Of a stretch of 64,000 nt of DNA, positions 21,601 through 30,261 are shown one piece after another. Made by a program: the position numbers and the translations under genes. Source of the stretch: Desulfobacterales bacterium (GTDB lineage Bacteria; Desulfobacterota; Desulfobacteria; Desulfobacterales; UBA2174). Under the pieces are notes generated by a model, which had not been told where the DNA came from, made no database searches, and was given only the letters and a program-made list of their open reading frames with translations. The stretch is taken from NCBI GenBank assembly GCA_963668645.2, contig CAXXWC010000003.1, positions 384,001 through 448,000 of the forward strand, given 5' to 3'. How positions within the stretch are numbered: position 1 is the first letter of the stretch; every line of letters starts with the position of its first letter.

Positions 21601-24600
21601 ACCGTCGGATCCGGGATCAGGGCCGGGTTGTCGCTGGTGGCGGTGATTGTCAGGGTCTGGCTCTCGCCCCCGCCGGCGTCGATCCCGCTCAGCGCAACGG
21701 TTTGCTGGCCGGCATCTTCATCGATCGGCGCCGGATCTTCAATCTCGTCCAGAAGCGGCTGATCGTTGACCGGCGTCACCGTGATGGTAAAGGATCGGAT
21801 TATGGTATCCTGGCCCCCGTTTTCCGTCCCTCCGTTGTCGGTGACGGTTACGGTCATCGTCGCTGTCCCATTGGCGTCGGGCACCAGCGTGAAGTTCAGG
21901 GCACCAAAGGTATTCCCCTGTTCGTAGTTGACCAGCGCGGTCATAATCAGCCCAGGATTGTCCGATACAGCCGTAATGGTCAGGTGTTGCATATCTTCGC
22001 CTGCACCGCCGCCCTGATCGATACCGCTCAACATAACTGTCTGTTGCCCGGCGTCCTCATCGATCGCTGCCAAGTCGGCAATCGTATCCAGTGTCGGTGC
22101 GTCGTTGACCGGGATTATCGTGATGGTGAAGGTGTCGCTGAATGTATCCGCGCCACCGTCGGCCGTGCCACCTTCATCGGTCAAGCTGACGGTTACTACG
22201 GCCTCTCCGTAAGCGTTCGCAGCCGGCGTATAGCTCAGGTCCCCGGTGGCCAGATCCACCGTCGGCTGAGCCGTAAACAGGTCGTTGTTGTCGTTGGTCA
22301 CGGCAAGCGTCAGGCCCTGGCCCGCCTCGTCGGCAGGTCCTGCGCTGAAAACCGTGGCCCATCCGGCCACCGTCTGGGCGCCGGCATCCTCCAGCACACT
22401 CTGGTCCGCTCCCTTGATAAACGACGGCGCGTCGTTGACCGGCGTGACCGTGATGGTGAACGTGTCTTGAAAGGTATTCACGCCCCCGTCGGCCGTACCG
22501 CCGTCGTCGGTGAGGATAACGATCACCGCCGCCGTGCCGTGGGCATTGGCAGCCGGCGTATAGGTCAGGGTGCCGGTGGCCGGATCCAGTGCCGGCTGGG
22601 CCGCAAACAGACTGTTGTTGTCGTTGATTACTGTAAAGACAAGGGTCTGATCCGCCTCGTTGGCAGGCCCTGCGCTGATGTCCGCAGCCCAGCCGGCCAC
22701 CGTCTGGGCGCCGGCATCCTCCAGCACGCTCTGGTCCGCACCCTTGGTAAAGCTCGGCGCATCGTTGACCGGCGTGACCGTAATCGTAAAGGTTTCACTG
22801 AACGCATCGACACCGCCGTTGGACGTTCCCCCGTCGTCGCTCAGGGTGACGGTCACCGTCGCCGTACCGTTGCCGTCATCAGCCGGCTTATAGGTCAGCG
22901 TACCACTGACCGCATCCACCGCCGGTTGCACCGCGAACAAGTCGTTGTTGTCGTTGGTGACAGTAAAAGCAAGCGTTTGGCCCGCCTCATCGGCAGGTCC
23001 CGCGCTGATGTCGGTGGCCCACCCGGCCACCGTTTGGGCACCGGCGTCCTCCAGCACGCTCTGATCCGCACCCTTGGTAAAACTCGGCGCATCGTTGACC
23101 GGCGTGACCGTGATGGTGAAGGTATCGCTGAATTCATCGACACCCCCGTTGGCCGTGCCGCCGTCGTCGCTCAAAGCGACGGTCACCGTGGCCGTACCGT
23201 GGGCGTCCGCAGCCGGCGTGTAGATCAGGTCACCACTGGCCGGATCCACCGCAGGCTGATCCGCAAACAGACCGTTGTTGTCGTTGGTCGCGGTAAAAAC
23301 AAGGGTCTGGCCCGCCTCGTTGGCAGGGCCTGCATTGATGGCCGTAGCCCAGCCGGCCACCGTCTGGGCACCGGCGTCCTCCAGAACGTTCTGATCCGCA
23401 CCCTTGACAAAGCTCGGCGCATCGTTGACCGGCGTGACCATGATAGTGAACGTGTCGCTGAACGCATCGCTGCCCCCGCCACCCGTCCCGCCGTTGTCGC
23501 TCAGGGTGACGATCACCACGGCCTCACCGTGGGCGTCCGTAGCCGGCGTATAGGTCAGGGTGCCGGTAGCCGGATCAACCGCAGGCTGAACCGCAAACAG
23601 ACCGTTGTTGTCGTTGGTGAGAATGAAGGCAAGCGCCTGGCCCGCCTCGTTGACCGGTCCCGTGCTGATATCCGTGGCCCATCCGGCCACCGTCTGGTCG
23701 CCGGCGTCCTCCAGCACGCTCTGATCCGCACCCTTGGTAAATGACGGCGCATCGTTGACCGGTACGACCTTGATGATGAAGGTATCGCTAAATTCATCGA
23801 CACCCCCGTCGGCCGTCCCGCCGTCGTCGCGCAGAGTGACGGTCACCGTCGCCGTGCCGTGAGCGTCCGTAGCCGGCGTATAGGTCAGGGTGCCGGTAGA
23901 CGGATCAACCGCAGGCTGGGCCGCAAACAGATCGTTGTTGTCGTTGGTCACGCTAAAGGTAAGAATCTGTCCGGCTTCGTTGGAAGGTCCGGCGCTGATG
24001 TCCGCGGCCCATCCAACCACCGTCTGGGCACCGGCGTCTTCCAGAACGCTCTGATCCGCTCCCTTGGTAAAACTCGGCGCGTCGTTGACCGGTGTCACCT
24101 TGATGGTGAACATCTCGCTAAAGGAATCGTTTCCCCCGTTGAGTGTCCCGCCGTCGTCGGTCAGGATGACGGTCACCGTGGCCGTGCCATGGGCGTCCGC
24201 GGCCGGCGTATACGTCAGGGTGCCGGTGGCCGGATCCAGTGCCGGCTGATCGGCAAACAGCCCGTTGTTGTCGTTGGTCAGGGTAAAGGTGAGGACTTGG
24301 TCTGCCTCGTTGGCCGGCCCCGCACTGATGTCGGTGGCCCACCCGGCCACCGTTTGGGCACCGGCGTCTTCCAGCATGCTCTGGTCCGCCCCTTTGGTAA
24401 AGCTCGGCGCGTCGTTGACCGGGGTGACCGTGATGGTAAAAGTCTCGCTGAACGTATCCACGCCCCCGTCGGTCGTCCCCCCGTCGTCGGTCAAGGTGAC
24501 GGTCACCGTGGCCGTGCCGTGAGCGTCCGTAGCCGGCGTATAGGTCAGGATGCCGGTGGCCACGTCCACCGATGGTTGAACCGCAAACAGCCCGTTGTTG

Positions 24601-27600
24601 TCGTTGGTCAGGGTAAAGGTGAGGGCCTGGCCCGCCTCGTTGGCAGGTCCAGCGCTGATGGCCGTGGCCCACCCGGCCACCGTCTGGGCTCCGGCGTCTT
24701 CCAGCACGCTCTGGTCCGCTCCCTTGGTAAAGCTCGGCGCATCGTTGACCGGGCTCACCGTAATCGTGAACGTATCGCTGAATGCGTCGACGCCCCCGTC
24801 GGCTGTGCCGCCATCGTCGGTCAAAGTGACGGTCACCGTGGCCAAGCCGTGGGCGTTCGCAACCGGCGTGTAGGTCAGGGTGCCCGTGGCCGGATCCAGT
24901 GCCGGCTGGACCGCAAACAGCCCGTTGTTGTCGTTGGTCAGGGTAAAGGTGAGGACTTGGCCCGCCTCGTTGGCAGGTCCAGCGCTGATGGCCGTGGCCC
25001 ACCCGGCCACCGTCTGGGCTCCGGCGTCTTCCAGCACGCTCTGGTCCGCTCCCTTGGTAAAGCTCGGCGCGTCGTTGACCGGGGTGACCGTGATGGTAAA
25101 CGTATCGGTGAATGCATCCACGCCCCCGTCGGCTGTCCCCCCGTCGTCGGTCAAGGTGACGGTCACCGTGGCCGTGCCGTGGGCGTTCGCAACCGGCGTG
25201 TAGGTCAGGGTGCCGGTAGTCGGATCCACCGCCGGCTGGACCGTAAACAGCCCGTTGTTGTCGTTGGTCAGGGTAAAGGTGAGGACTTGGCCTGCCTCGT
25301 TGGCCGGACCCGCACTGATGTCGCTGGCCCACCCGGCCACCGTCTGGGCACCGGCGTCCTCCAGCACGTTCTGGTCCGCTCCCTTGGTAAAGCTCGGCGC
25401 ATCGTTGACCGGGCTCACCGTAATCGTGAACGTATCGCTGAATGCGTCGACGCCCCCGTCGGCTGTGCCGCCGTCGTCGGTCAAAGTGACGGTCACCGTG
25501 GCCAAGCCGTGGGCGTTCGCAACCGGCGTGTAGGTCAGAGTGCCCGTGGCCGGATCCAGTGCCGGCTGGACCGCAAACAGCCCGTTGTTGTCGTTGGTCA
25601 GGGTAAAGGTGAGGACTTGGCCCGCCTCGTTGGCAGGTCCAGCGCTGATGGCCGTGCCCCACCCGGCCACCGTCTGGGCACCGGCGTCTTCCAGCACGCT
25701 CTGGTCCGCTCCCTTGGTAAAGCTCGGCGCGTCGTTGACCGGGGTGACCGTGATGGTAAACGTATCGGTGAATGCATCCACGCCCCCGTCGGCTGTCCCC
25801 CCGTCGTCGGTCAAGGTGACGGTCACCGTGGCCGTTCCGTGGGCGTCCGCAGCCGGCGTGTAGGTCAGGGTGCCCGTGGCCGGATCCACCGCCGGCTGGA
25901 CCGTAAACAGCCCGTTGTTGTCGTTGGTCAGGGTAAAGGTGAGGGCCTGGCTTGCCTCGTCGGCAGGTCCAGCGCTGATGTCCGCGGCCCACCCGGCCAC
26001 CGTCTGGGCACCGGCGTCTTCCAGCACGCTCTGGTCCGCCCCTTTGGTGAACGAGGGGCCATCGTTGACCGGGGTCACCGTTATGGTAAAAGTCTCGCTG
26101 AACGTATCCACGCCCCCGTCGGCCGTCCCCCCGTCGTCGGTCAAAGTGACGGTCACCGTGGCCGTGCCGTGAGCGTCCGCAGCCGGCGTATAGGTTAAAT
26201 CGCCGCTGCTTATATCCATCTGCGGTTGCACCGCGAACAAATCGTTGTTGTCGTTGGTGACACTAAAGGCAAGCACCTGGCCGGCTTCATCGGCAGGTCC
26301 CGCACTGATGTCCGCGGCCCATCCGGATACCGTCTGGGCACCGGCGTCTTCCAGCACGCTCTGGTCCACTCCCTTGGTAAACGACGGTGCGTCGTTGACC
26401 GGCGTTACCGTGATGGTAAAAGTGTCGCTGAACGCATCCACGCCCCCGTCGGCCGTGCCCCCGTTGTCGCTCAGGGTGACGGTCACCATGGCCGTACCGT
26501 GGGCGTCGGCGGCTGGGGTATAGGTCAAATCGCCGCTGGCCGGATCCACCGACGGCTGGGTCTCAAACAGGTCGTTATTGTCGTTGGTTGCCGTGAAAAC
26601 AAGAGTCTGACCCGCCTCGTTGGCCGGTCCCGCACTGATATCCGCAGCCCATCCGGATACCGTCTGGGCACCAGCGTCCTCAAGCGCGCCCTGATCCGCA
26701 CCCTTGGTAAACGACGGCGCGTCGTTGACCGACGTCACCGTGATGGTGAACTTGTCGCTGAACGCATCCACGCCCCCGTCGGCCGTGCCCCCGTCATCGC
26801 TCAGAGTGACGGTCACCGTGGCCGTGCCGTTGGCGTCATCAGCCGGTGTATAGGTCAAGTCGCCGCTGGCCGGATCCACCGACGGCTGGACCGCAAACAG
26901 GCCGTTGTTGTCGTTGGTCACGGCAAAGGCGAGGCTCTGGCCCGCCTCGTCGGCAGGTCCGGCACTGATGGCTGTGGCCCACCCGAACACCGTCTGGGGG
27001 CCGGCGTCCTCCAGGATGCTCTGGTCCGCTCCCTTGGTAAAGGTTGGCATATCATTGACCGGAGTAATGTTGATCGTGATGGTGGCTTCCAGACTTTCGT
27101 CGATCCCGCCGTTGTCCGTTCCGCCGCTGTCCCGGACCACGAATCGAAAGATCTGCTGGCTGACATCATCAAGGGCCGGGGTAAAAAAAAGTTCAGCGTC
27201 CGATAGCGTATACGGAACCGTCGCAATCGCAGTCCCGCCGGAAGTCTCGCTCAGGGTGCCGCTGGCCGGCAGGCTGGTGACGACAAAGGTCAGGGTCTGG
27301 ACCGCATCCGTTTCGCCGTCGTCCCCGGTCAGGGTGACGGCCTTCTCTGTGTCCTCAAAGGTTTCGATGGTTTGGTCATCGGCGCTGGGCGCGTCGTTGA
27401 TCGATACGACAAAAAGTTGAGAAGTCGTGGAGACATAGGGGTTGTGTGGACTGTCGCGAATCCAGTGCCAGATCGTCCGCGTCGCCGTCGAGGGAGCGTC
27501 GCTGGTGTTTTTGAATGTGACAGCCCGCAAGACGCTTTGAAACGCCTCCGGCGACGCGGGACCAACGAAATGAAGATACATGTAAGTCCCGGTGTAATTG

Positions 27601-27896
27601 CTGTCCACTGTAATCCCCGCAGGCAGCGGGCTGGGCGCGACGAGAATATCTTTGTACGGTTCGAAACCGTCTGAAATCTGCACCCAGGCCTCATAAATAT
27701 CGCTGTCCGGATCGCTGACGGTGATATTGCCGTTGACGATCTGGGGGGAATCCCCCTCGGTGTACGTCGAGGAACCCGGAGCGGAGATCGTCGGGGAATC
27801 CGCCAAGGCCGTAAAGACGGCCAACAGGAGAGCCGCATTGGCAAGCGTCAGCCAGAAGGCAAGCACCTTCTTGTTCACCCTGAACATGGTTTTCAT
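15687..27896 (-). CDS. pilY1: Giant (4069 aa) PilY1/PilC-family type IV pilus tip adhesin with tandem Ig/cadherin-like repeats
   Basis: Sec signal, about 20 PVND-AP-type repeats, 3 PKD domains, vWA MIDAS PNIMFVIDDSGSM. C-terminal PilC propeller motifs LGDIVHSAP, YAGANDGMLHAF, YAYAGDLRGNLWKFDL and GWYFDL. Lies downstream of four minor pilins. Confidence 0.93.
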   Translation of the reverse strand: MKTMFRVNKKVLAFWLTLANAALLLAVFTALADSPTISAPGSSTYTEGDSPQIVNGNITVSDPDSDIYEAWVQISDGFEPYKDILVAPSPLPAGITVDSNYTGTYMYLHFVGPASPEAFQSVLRAVTFKNTSDAPSTATRTIWHWIRDSPHNPYVSTTSQLFVVSINDAPSADDQTIETFEDTEKAVTLTGDDGETDAVQTLTFVVTSLPASGTLSETSGGTAIATVPYTLSDAELFFTPALDDVSQQIFRFVVRDSGGTDNGGIDESLEATITINITPVNDMPTFTKGADQSILEDAGPQTVFGWATAISAGPADEAGQSLAFAVTNDNNGLFAVQPSVDPASGDLTYTPADDANGTATVTVTLSDDGGTADGGVDAFSDKFTITVTSVNDAPSFTKGADQGALEDAGAQTVSGWAADISAGPANEAGQTLVFTATNDNNDLFETQPSVDPASGDLTYTPAADAHGTAMVTVTLSDNGGTADGGVDAFSDTFTITVTPVNDAPSFTKGVDQSVLEDAGAQTVSGWAADISAGPADEAGQVLAFSVTNDNNDLFAVQPQMDISSGDLTYTPAADAHGTATVTVTLTDDGGTADGGVDTFSETFTITVTPVNDGPSFTKGADQSVLEDAGAQTVAGWAADISAGPADEASQALTFTLTNDNNGLFTVQPAVDPATGTLTYTPAADAHGTATVTVTLTDDGGTADGGVDAFTDTFTITVTPVNDAPSFTKGADQSVLEDAGAQTVAGWGTAISAGPANEAGQVLTFTLTNDNNGLFAVQPALDPATGTLTYTPVANAHGLATVTVTLTDDGGTADGGVDAFSDTFTITVSPVNDAPSFTKGADQNVLEDAGAQTVAGWASDISAGPANEAGQVLTFTLTNDNNGLFTVQPAVDPTTGTLTYTPVANAHGTATVTVTLTDDGGTADGGVDAFTDTFTITVTPVNDAPSFTKGADQSVLEDAGAQTVAGWATAISAGPANEAGQVLTFTLTNDNNGLFAVQPALDPATGTLTYTPVANAHGLATVTVTLTDDGGTADGGVDAFSDTFTITVSPVNDAPSFTKGADQSVLEDAGAQTVAGWATAISAGPANEAGQALTFTLTNDNNGLFAVQPSVDVATGILTYTPATDAHGTATVTVTLTDDGGTTDGGVDTFSETFTITVTPVNDAPSFTKGADQSMLEDAGAQTVAGWATDISAGPANEADQVLTFTLTNDNNGLFADQPALDPATGTLTYTPAADAHGTATVTVILTDDGGTLNGGNDSFSEMFTIKVTPVNDAPSFTKGADQSVLEDAGAQTVVGWAADISAGPSNEAGQILTFSVTNDNNDLFAAQPAVDPSTGTLTYTPATDAHGTATVTVTLRDDGGTADGGVDEFSDTFIIKVVPVNDAPSFTKGADQSVLEDAGDQTVAGWATDISTGPVNEAGQALAFILTNDNNGLFAVQPAVDPATGTLTYTPATDAHGEAVVIVTLSDNGGTGGGGSDAFSDTFTIMVTPVNDAPSFVKGADQNVLEDAGAQTVAGWATAINAGPANEAGQTLVFTATNDNNGLFADQPAVDPASGDLIYTPAADAHGTATVTVALSDDGGTANGGVDEFSDTFTITVTPVNDAPSFTKGADQSVLEDAGAQTVAGWATDISAGPADEAGQTLAFTVTNDNNDLFAVQPAVDAVSGTLTYKPADDGNGTATVTVTLSDDGGTSNGGVDAFSETFTITVTPVNDAPSFTKGADQSVLEDAGAQTVAGWAADISAGPANEADQTLVFTVINDNNSLFAAQPALDPATGTLTYTPAANAHGTAAVIVILTDDGGTADGGVNTFQDTFTITVTPVNDAPSFIKGADQSVLEDAGAQTVAGWATVFSAGPADEAGQGLTLAVTNDNNDLFTAQPTVDLATGDLSYTPAANAYGEAVVTVSLTDEGGTADGGADTFSDTFTITIIPVNDAPTLDTIADLAAIDEDAGQQTVMLSGIDQGGGAGEDMQHLTITAVSDNPGLIMTALVNYEQGNTFGALNFTLVPDANGTATMTVTVTDNGGTENGGQDTIIRSFTITVTPVNDQPLLDEIEDPAPIDEDAGQQTVALSGIDAGGGESQTLTITATSDNPALIPDPTVTYTSPDAGGSLSYTPVADANGTALITVRLTDDDSAGGAALWVERTFTVAVIPVNDRPVANDDSVGPVDEDSLLTGAAPGLLANDIDVDGDALEVTAHDTLSAMGAAVSVATDGSYSYDPTGAASLQALDADQTVVDTFTYTISDTVLDETATVSVTVTGVNDIPLAEDDTYAVNEDEVLTVDAAAGLLANDSDVDGSAVLTVGGYDAVSVLGATVTVNADGSFSYDPRDAAALKALAASGTVTDTFDYTVTDEHGATATAMVTVAVGDIDPVAGFTASATEGVEPLVVNFIDTSESYDDIVSWTWDFGNGQAMSGTEKNPEGITYAQEGTYTVTLTVREADGDQSTATMDIIVSDSDPVAAFSPDESSGAEPFTVTFYNQTTSNDGITSYVWDFGDGSTTTMTTADSVEHTYPLEGSYTVTLTVSEADGDSDTASVLITAQDAEPDVDFTVSPASGVVPLTVTFTDRSTVYDDSSITYGWTFGDGETSTQQNPSHTYILVGTYSVSLTVTDGDGSSITKTAVITARADVDDPDDDGDGWTVGMGDCDDSDANINPGAEEICGNNIDENCFDGDLSCDAVGLCTNLGDKPLDVLLNAATPNIMFVIDDSGSMDWEFMTTDSDGVLWFNNTKYNYLFDTDDNLWPSQTWHVLGEIRNASDDRRYWKARWSGFNAMYYNPAYDYEPWYGENDADVQIPKLHPTKTGSSNLFDLSQTYYTVDVAIEGGGGEAVPVYVDENSPAFSTGDYWSTNYSAWGAYQNRHKYTSTRNNSGTWTYTIPADGDYEVSAFVRPGYYYDQNALYTVRGPGVNTSMRRAQNGLKVLGTWHWSTGDVVRVTVKRDNQSTYNTNTIADAVLFWPGGGGGGGTSATAKITQAHYWTWDDTNGNKSLDSGEDIYLVNFADSGSDGNLDTRQFYRYVDDGDSKVEDDELVVVEEAGVPAALLSRTFTQDLQNYANWFQYYRKRWLTTVAAFTQVLPELQGVMVGYRSINGNSYEPVRPIKVTGETDYAEYLINKLKNFHQVRNPASTPLRDGLNKVGLYFHTTETTGSLERELRTSPLSTDAGGACQQNFAIIMTDGAWNGGAAGFGNIDGDHGAPYADDFPNTLADIAMYYYENDLAPAIADEVPTNFYDKATWQHMVTYGVTFGVEGYNNPDDYDLYNLDVDARTYPTWHSPLGDDTSAKIDDVYHAAINGRGQFLSAKNPQELIAMIKEVMNDVVARIGSGAGVTINGEELDTGSTVYQTIYNTDGWSGDVKAYALDSETGEVIRSSYIWSAEEELYAQNWDTGRKIATYNGIGGLPFRYYSSQTALFDLLSTDATTAEEMVDYLRGDSSLEVKNGGAYRTRYFKINDLTKRDSKLGDIVHSAPVYHSYTYNGTDYKMVYAGANDGMLHAFNANTGQEVFAYVPRLVFNHLKNLTDPDYNHQFFVDLTPYVTFVTDSGQSKTYLVGGLGKGGKGYYALDVTHPMGITSESDLATKVMWEYPKNDLLITGATNATPIVITTNINHGLSTDSRVEISGVESNTAANGYFKVTALSATTFSLQDTDGANTSGSGTYSGGGRLCPDPDLGYSYSRAFIVNSTIGYVVIFGNGYNSSNGNAVFYVLDAHTGALLKKIDTGFGTSGGDACNGLSTPVLIDVNNDDLVDYAYAGDLRGNLWKFDLTGSSIDDWVVTYNTEADRSGTPMPLFTAQDALGNGQPITTMPDVMRPLDTSQDGYIVVFGTGKYLGSTDFSSTRVQSIYGIWDFGDDEDPTEYLGSFERTATNTLSNLSSMSSLLHQEKLLDVLIEGQYLRVLTDYSVNYLWENDDDSGQQPNPSTNEANNVGWYFDLPDSKERVIRDVTIRSGKAIVISSIPNTNPCSAGGESWLYELDAASGSRLTEPQFDYNQDGILDERDLLKIENPEWNDGSDVDRYIYVAPTAIWYPTMVFNPTIMAVQKREEIKLMSTAAGSIIDLMERGEDVGLVYWREVD
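22111..27060 (-). repeat. 15 tandem 330-bp (110-aa) intragenic repeats in pilY1
   Basis: The marker (g/a)tc(g/a)ttgacc, encoding VND, ends at 22110, 22440, 22770 ... 26730, 27060, an exact 330-bp period without indels. Confidence 0.95.
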
Positions 27897-28031
27897 GATA
27901 GATGTCCTCGTTCGACCCGATCCGGCGGCAGATGTGAACTGCGTGCACCGATTCGTCTTTTGAGCTGCACTTGCCTCAATGTTGCGCGGCTCATCCTCGA
28001 GTCACGTCTTGCGGATCGATTGCCTCGGTAA

Positions 28032-28526
28032 TCAAAAACGCCGCCTGTACCCTCCTGCCACATGGGCCCGGCCCCGTTTTTCGGCATACCCGTGGACCTC
28101 GAAGCTGTAGAGCTGGCTGGTGGTGGTCATGGCCAGACTGCTGCCGCTGGCGATGCCCTGGGCGGTAGCGGCAAAACGGGCGGTGTCGGCGTTAACGGCC
28201 GAAACGGCGCTGACGTCAGTATCGGCAATAACGGATTGCGAGTCCAGGTTCGTAGCCGTGTTGTGGAGCCAGGTGAAAGTGGTGGTGGTCGGCCTCAGGT
28301 TCTGGTTGGATGCGTCATCCATCCTTTGCATTGCTTCCATCATGGCCGCCTCGGCCAGGTAGAATAATTCCTTGTAGTCGCGCTCGTTGCCGGCCACCTG
28401 CATTTCAATACCCGTAATCTGGGTGATGGAAATCCCCATCAGGGTGACGAGCATCAGCAACACCAGGGCAATGATGATGATCGAGCCTTTTTGACGTTGG
28501 CCGTTATGTCTGATGAATCGCATCAT
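28032..28526 (-). CDS. pilX: Minor pilin PilX
   Basis: Prepilin site QKG|SIIIIAL lacking Glu+5 (typical of PilX), followed by AGN...FYLAEAA. Confidence 0.85.
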   Translation of the reverse strand: MMRFIRHNGQRQKGSIIIIALVLLMLVTLMGISITQITGIEMQVAGNERDYKELFYLAEAAMMEAMQRMDDASNQNLRPTTTTFTWLHNTATNLDSQSVIADTDVSAVSAVNADTARFAATAQGIASGSSLAMTTTSQLYSFEVHGYAEKRGRAHVAGGYRRRF

Positions 28527-28583
28527 TTCTTGAGTTTCTCCGTCGATGCTACCCGGTTGGTGGCTACCCCCGGGTTATCCGCC

Positions 28584-29012
28584 TCATAGATTGGCCTTGA
28601 CGCCGGTAAGATGAACCGTCTGGCTGCGGCCATACCGGTTGTGCCAGACTGCCGTCAGATCGACCTTTTTGGCGCCCGAGACCGGCTCATCGTCCTTGAC
28701 CGTCCAGGAGATGGTATAGCCGGCCGGCGGGTTGGTATCTAGCTGGGAATCGGTTCCCGTGTCGGCCAGCAGCGGGTCGTCAAAAGGCAGCCCCATCAGC
28801 ACTTCCATGCGGTCCTGGGCCCAGGTGACCCCTTCGGTGAGTTCCATGGCGTACTGGTTGCCCATCAAGCCGGAGATCTGCATCCGGGCGACAGCCAGAA
28901 ACCCGACGGCGAGGATGGTCAATGCGATCAACACCTCGATCAGGGTGTAGCCCCCTGCGGTCTGCCGGCACCGGCGGCCGGAACGAAGTCCTCTGAAGCC
29001 TTCCGTTTTCAT
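28584..29012 (-). CDS. pilV: Minor pilin PilV
   Basis: Prepilin motif GG|YTLIEVLIALTILAVG. Confidence 0.8.
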   Translation of the reverse strand: MKTEGFRGLRSGRRCRQTAGGYTLIEVLIALTILAVGFLAVARMQISGLMGNQYAMELTEGVTWAQDRMEVLMGLPFDDPLLADTGTDSQLDTNPPAGYTISWTVKDDEPVSGAKKVDLTAVWHNRYGRSQTVHLTGVKANL

Positions 29013-29082
29013 TCCCTCTTCCTTTTTCCGGGGCTAAGCTCTCGCATGATAACGCGCCTGTGGCGTTGGACAGGCGAAAACA

Positions 29083-29760
29083 TTAAATCCCCATATTCCG
29101 GCAGCGGATGGTGCTGGTCAAAAGCCGGCGCCGCAAATGATCATTGGCGCTAAGCAGGATATCGCCCTGTTGGTTTCGGTAGACTGTCGTGTTGTGATAG
29201 TCTGGATCGGCCTTATCGGTGATGGCCACCATGGTCACCTGGACCGAGCGGATATCCTTCAATCTTGTCGACGACACGTCGCTTCGGCCGGGATTGATGG
29301 GGTTGTTATCCTCGTCCATATAAACCAGGTCCAGGACTTCGATGTTTTCGGCCAGGCGCTGGAGCCCGCCGCCCCAGATTTCTCTTCTCAGGTAGCCCGA
29401 ACTGATTGTGTAGCGAACCTGCTCGTTGGTATCGTTCGTTGAGGCGACCATGTTGCCGTCGCCGTTAAGATCGGCCGTGAACTGCATCTCGTCATCATCT
29501 GCGATCAAAAAGCCGGCGCCGGCGGTGCGAATCGGATCGTAGCCGGCCATCCGCAATTCGCGCTCCAGGTGATACATCCCGGCACGCAGGCTCTGCTGCA
29601 TGGCCGTAACCTGGCTCTGGGCCAGATAGGTTTTTTGCTGGGTCAGATAAGAGGTATAGATGGCCGTCAGCGCCACGGCAAAAATCACCATCGCGATGAG
29701 CAACTCGACCAGGGTAAATCCAGCCCAATCATCTTTTTTGTTCGGATATCGCTTTATCAT
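29083..29760 (-). CDS. pilW: Minor pilin PilW
   Basis: AG|FTLVELLIAM, ELRMAGY, LAENIE. ATGA overlap with the fimU stop. Confidence 0.85.
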   Translation of the reverse strand: MIKRYPNKKDDWAGFTLVELLIAMVIFAVALTAIYTSYLTQQKTYLAQSQVTAMQQSLRAGMYHLERELRMAGYDPIRTAGAGFLIADDDEMQFTADLNGDGNMVASTNDTNEQVRYTISSGYLRREIWGGGLQRLAENIEVLDLVYMDEDNNPINPGRSDVSSTRLKDIRSVQVTMVAITDKADPDYHNTTVYRNQQGDILLSANDHLRRRLLTSTIRCRNMGI

Positions 29761-30212
29761 ATGAAACTCGATCCGTTCCATTTCATGATATGGATGACTC
29801 CAGAGGACTGCACCTGCACTTGGAAGTAGCCGGTTCTGGCCTCATTTGTCAGTCGAACGATCCCGTCGTTGGACAATCCCCTGCTGTTAAACGTGATAAA
29901 GGCCGGAAAACCCGAACTGCCATCCGGATTTTTGAAGGTTATCCCACTGCCGTAACCATCAAGGTTGACGGTCTTGGAAAGGCATTCGATGGTATAGCCA
30001 TCAGCGTCGAAGAGAACCTTGCAGTCCTGCCCGTTGCGAACCGCCGTCATCTTGGCCAGATTCAGATTACTGAACAGCTCATCCACCGCGGATTTGAGCC
30101 GGTACTTGGGCAGCCACCCAAGAAAGTTGGGTACGGCGATGGCGGCCAAAACAGCGATAATGGTGATGATGATCATCAACTCCATCAAGGTGAATCCAGA
30201 TTGTCGGCGCAT
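29757..30212 (-). CDS. fimU: Minor pilin FimU/FimT (GspH-like)
   Basis: SG|FTLMELMI...AIAVPNF...AKMTAV...ITFNSRG. Confidence 0.85.
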   Translation of the reverse strand: MRRQSGFTLMELMIIITIIAVLAAIAVPNFLGWLPKYRLKSAVDELFSNLNLAKMTAVRNGQDCKVLFDADGYTIECLSKTVNLDGYGSGITFKNPDGSSGFPAFITFNSRGLSNDGIVRLTNEARTGYFQVQVQSSGVIHIMKWNGSSFI

Positions 30213-30261
30213 GATCGGAACTCCGGGTTATCCAATTGAAAAACGATTGATTCCAAAATCT

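Noticed and set aside
22111..27060. Possible CRISPR array or diversity-generating retroelement repeat
   Set aside because: The units are 330-bp in-frame coding repeats without unique spacers. No cas or reverse transcriptase gene is present, and variation is not adenine-specific by eye.
21292..27420. Long alternative-frame and antisense ORFs (e.g. 23859-26198, 24118-25992, 21702-23744) and recurring 85-107 aa ORFs
   Set aside because: They are shadows of the repetitive, GC-biased pilY1 coding strand. They recur with the 330-bp period and have no independent motifs.
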